This document shows, piece by piece, positions 61,241 through 64,000 of a stretch of DNA of 64,000 nucleotides. The notes under the pieces are model-generated. The model made no database searches and was not told where the DNA came from. It saw only the letters and a program-made list of their open reading frames with translations. Source of the stretch: Pseudovirgaria hyperparasitica (Eukaryota); assembly GCA_010093815.1 (NCBI GenBank), contig ML996571.1; one strand, given 5' to 3'. Within the stretch, counting starts at the first letter, position 1. Each line of letters begins with the position of its first letter. Position numbers and translations under genes: made by a program.

Positions 61241-63560
61241 ATGCCGACACCGGATCCTCATCAAGAGCAATACAAGCCAGCCCTCCTCGGACTTCCTAAT
61301 GATGTCTTCGGTATTATTGTGACCGATCTTGATCGATCAACTCTAGCGCGCCTCAGACGGACATGCCAAGGACTTTATGCCTCATCACTCCTCGAGCAGG
61401 CAGTGTATAGGAACCCAATCACCATAGAGGACTGGGACGACTCAACCCTCGCTCAATGGGAGTTTTCGTCTGCGGGTCGCTCTAGATGGGAACAATTCAA
61501 GGACTCTGTCAACGACAGAAACCGCAACTATGTCCAGAGCATGGCTGTTTCGCACTGGTCGTCATTGGATGACTTTACCTGGATTGAACAGAACCTCCCA
61601 CAAGTTACAACACTTGACCTCAGCGACGTCAGAGATTTCGTGTGGAACGTCGACCCAGACAAGTATAGGCTGGACAACATATGGTCTTGGACAGAACTAG
61701 CTGAAACGTGTCTAGCCTTGTTTCTGCGCACCACCCATCTCAAGCTCTTCGACTGGACAGACTTCAACGTACATGAGAAAATTCGATATCGGTACAAATA
61801 ACTAAGATCGGACTGAGTTAATCTACTTACATATCCTCAGGTATTCTAGTAAATGCGTCCCAGCGGGCTCGCCATTCCGGCTGAGCCGCAGGGAATCTCC
61901 TCAAGGGATTCACACCGGTTCCGTTGCTGATATTCTGAACAAAATCTGTCCTCGTCTAGAGAGACTGTCACTAACTTGTGCTTCATCGCCATCTGAATGG
62001 GGTCAAGATTCGGTGCACGATTATATCTGCACCCTAGTCGACCCAATCATTAAACATGCGCCTAGCACTTTGAAGCATATCCAGCTTCGTAACGTATCAG
62101 CACCCCTCCGAACACTGATCTCTCGACTTGCCCAAGGCTTGGCGACCACCGAATCCCTCTCGATCACCGTTGGTCTTGGAAATTGGATGCAATGGAGTTG
62201 CGAGAGAATGAAACAGGGTGTGTATTCTCCGTTGACAAGGCAACCACGGTCTGGTGCCGTAGTCTTCCGTCAGTATCCTATCGAGAACTGTGACCGTGAC
62301 CATGAAAGCGAAGCTCGGCGCATCGTAGACGAGTCAACCAAAAGTTTTGGTGACTTCCTCCGACATATGGCTTTGGTTCGCGAGGAAGACCCAAAGGTGC
62401 TGATAGGCTCACACGATAGACTTGATGACTTGGCCGTGTGCCCGATCAATCTGGTGGATGCCTTCGAGCCGAGCTTGGGTGAGGCCGATGTTTTCGAGGA
62501 TGCCAAAGCTCTCGAAAGCATTCACTGGTTGAGAGAGCGCATGGGCTGGCGGCCGACATTCTCCTGGGATACGTTCATGGAAGATGGATTTCCGCACGCT
62601 GAGCGATGGAAATTATATCCTGTGCAATCCAGGACATTCGCAGACGACATCATGGATAAGGTGGCTTACTTGTTCCAGAACCTCCGAAAACATGGAGTTC
62701 CGGTGAGTCTCAGGATAGGATACGACTACCAAGGAGGTCAGGGACCGTATGTAAAGTCAGAATTCTTCAGGCCGATGCAGGCATCGTCAGCATGGAATCG
62801 CAAGGATTCTGGTTCTAAGCTGTGGCGCCAATGCGAGGCCCGTTTCGGACTATCACACATTGCCGATATGGTCGACGAGCTCACGATCGGATACCAGTTT
62901 AACACCCCCGGCTTCATGCAAGCACACCGCCGGCGCGTGCCCTTGGACCCGCGAGAGCTCAACGTGCTGACGCGCGAGAGTGACGGATGGCGCAAGTTCT
63001 GGGCCCGCTACGCAACACGACTCCGCAACCTCAAAAAGCTGCGCGTCGTCATCCCGCGCATCATCTTCGAAGACTGGGCCATGAGCCCGGCCCTCCAGGC
63101 CCTGTTCGCGGACGACTCCTGGGACATGCTCGACCTCGACCACGAAGTCAGATCGCTCGGCACGCGCGCCGTATTCGTCAAACGGATCTTCTTCCGCCGC
63201 GGTCCGTACGGCGCCGAACCGCCTCCGCTCGACCTGCCGAACCTGATCCCGTCCACAAACGCCCATGTCCCCATGATCAACGAGACTCGCGGCTTCTACG
63301 ACGACATAGAGCTCTGCGACGTCGATCCCGGCGCCGCTTTCTACGACAGATTCTTCAAGCGCAGCGAGCGCTCGTCGTCGTCGTCGTCGAAAAAGAAGCG
63401 CAAGAGAGCGGCTACGCCTGTTACTGGGAACGGCGAGCCGAGTCTGAGCGAGGAGGAGAGGGCGGCCCGGAAGGCGAGGAAGGAGCTGAGTGAGTCTCGT
63501 ATCAAATATATGGACTCCGTGCGTAAGATGGCAGACGCGGACGCCAACGTGCCGTCTTAA
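61241..63560 (+). CDS. F-box-like protein with LRR-like body and C-terminal basic NLS, 2 exons
   Basis: N-terminal LLGLPNDVFGIIVTDLDRSTLARLRRTCQGLY (F-box pattern). Intron 61792-61840 joins the two ORFs in frame. LxxLxL repeats and KKKRKR. Confidence 0.75.
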
Positions 63561-64000
63561 AACATGCTGCTTGCCTGCTTGTGTATGTGTATGATGCCGC
63601 CGACTTGATTTTGTTTTCGAAAATTAGACACTCTTTTTGCTATGACGTTATACATAGATTTTATATAGATTTCAGTAGAGGATTCCAGTCTCCTCGATCA
63701 TACTACTCTCTACTCCCTACTTTCACCCCTTTCTTCCGGTCTATCTAGCGGTCTCTAGAACAAATTAAGATGATAATTGCAAATAGTGCAACAACGGTTC
63801 ACGCGGGATAGAATAGGCGCACATAAGATTCCATCGCTGGGATAAAGGCCGCAAATACGACATTCCCGCCCATATGTATAGAGTGTGCGCAAGTGGACAG
63901 GATATAAAGCCAAGGTCTTTGAGAGCATGTAAATTCCTACATACATATTCCTACAATCGTTATCCTCTTCTATTCCCTCGCACTTCATTGCTTCATTGCC

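Noticed and set aside
1..64000. Programmed frameshifts or read-through between split ORFs; CRISPR arrays; tRNA/snRNA genes
   Set aside because: ORF breaks in the recognised genes are explained by spliceosomal introns. The sequence is eukaryotic with no repeat-spacer array. No tRNA or spliceosomal snRNA signature was seen by eye.

Overview
This is a gene-dense, intron-containing segment of a filamentous ascomycete (Pezizomycotina-type) genome. About 23 protein-coding genes can be modelled by hand: NoxD/Pro41, Rmd5/Gid2, Stb2/Stb6-like, aquaporin, HsbA-like, a HET-domain protein, an SP-RING protein, Boi1/Pob1, amidase, three MFS transporters, Dur3, an orphan, a CE4 deacetylase, phytase, a peroxisomal enoyl-CoA hydratase, Rpl20, Csn12-like, a BTB protein, two tandem DUF6594-like genes and an F-box protein. 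There is also one dispersed, sequence-divergent 5S rRNA gene, a 221-bp hAT-type MITE with a perfect 8-bp target-site duplication, a microsatellite-rich block containing an assembly gap, and two probable pseudogene relics. The most unusual signals are: (i) the RPL20 start codon sits on a 4-nt micro-exon, between a two-donor 5'UTR intron and a long structured intron; (ii) a degenerate in-frame copy of the NoxD N-terminus lies directly upstream of the gene; (iii) recurring ~0.5-1 kb islands flip from C/A-rich to G/T-rich regardless of gene strand; (iv) an accessory-looking tail carries tandem DUF6594-like membrane proteins, relics and an F-box gene. All family calls come from motif recognition, and no database search was run.
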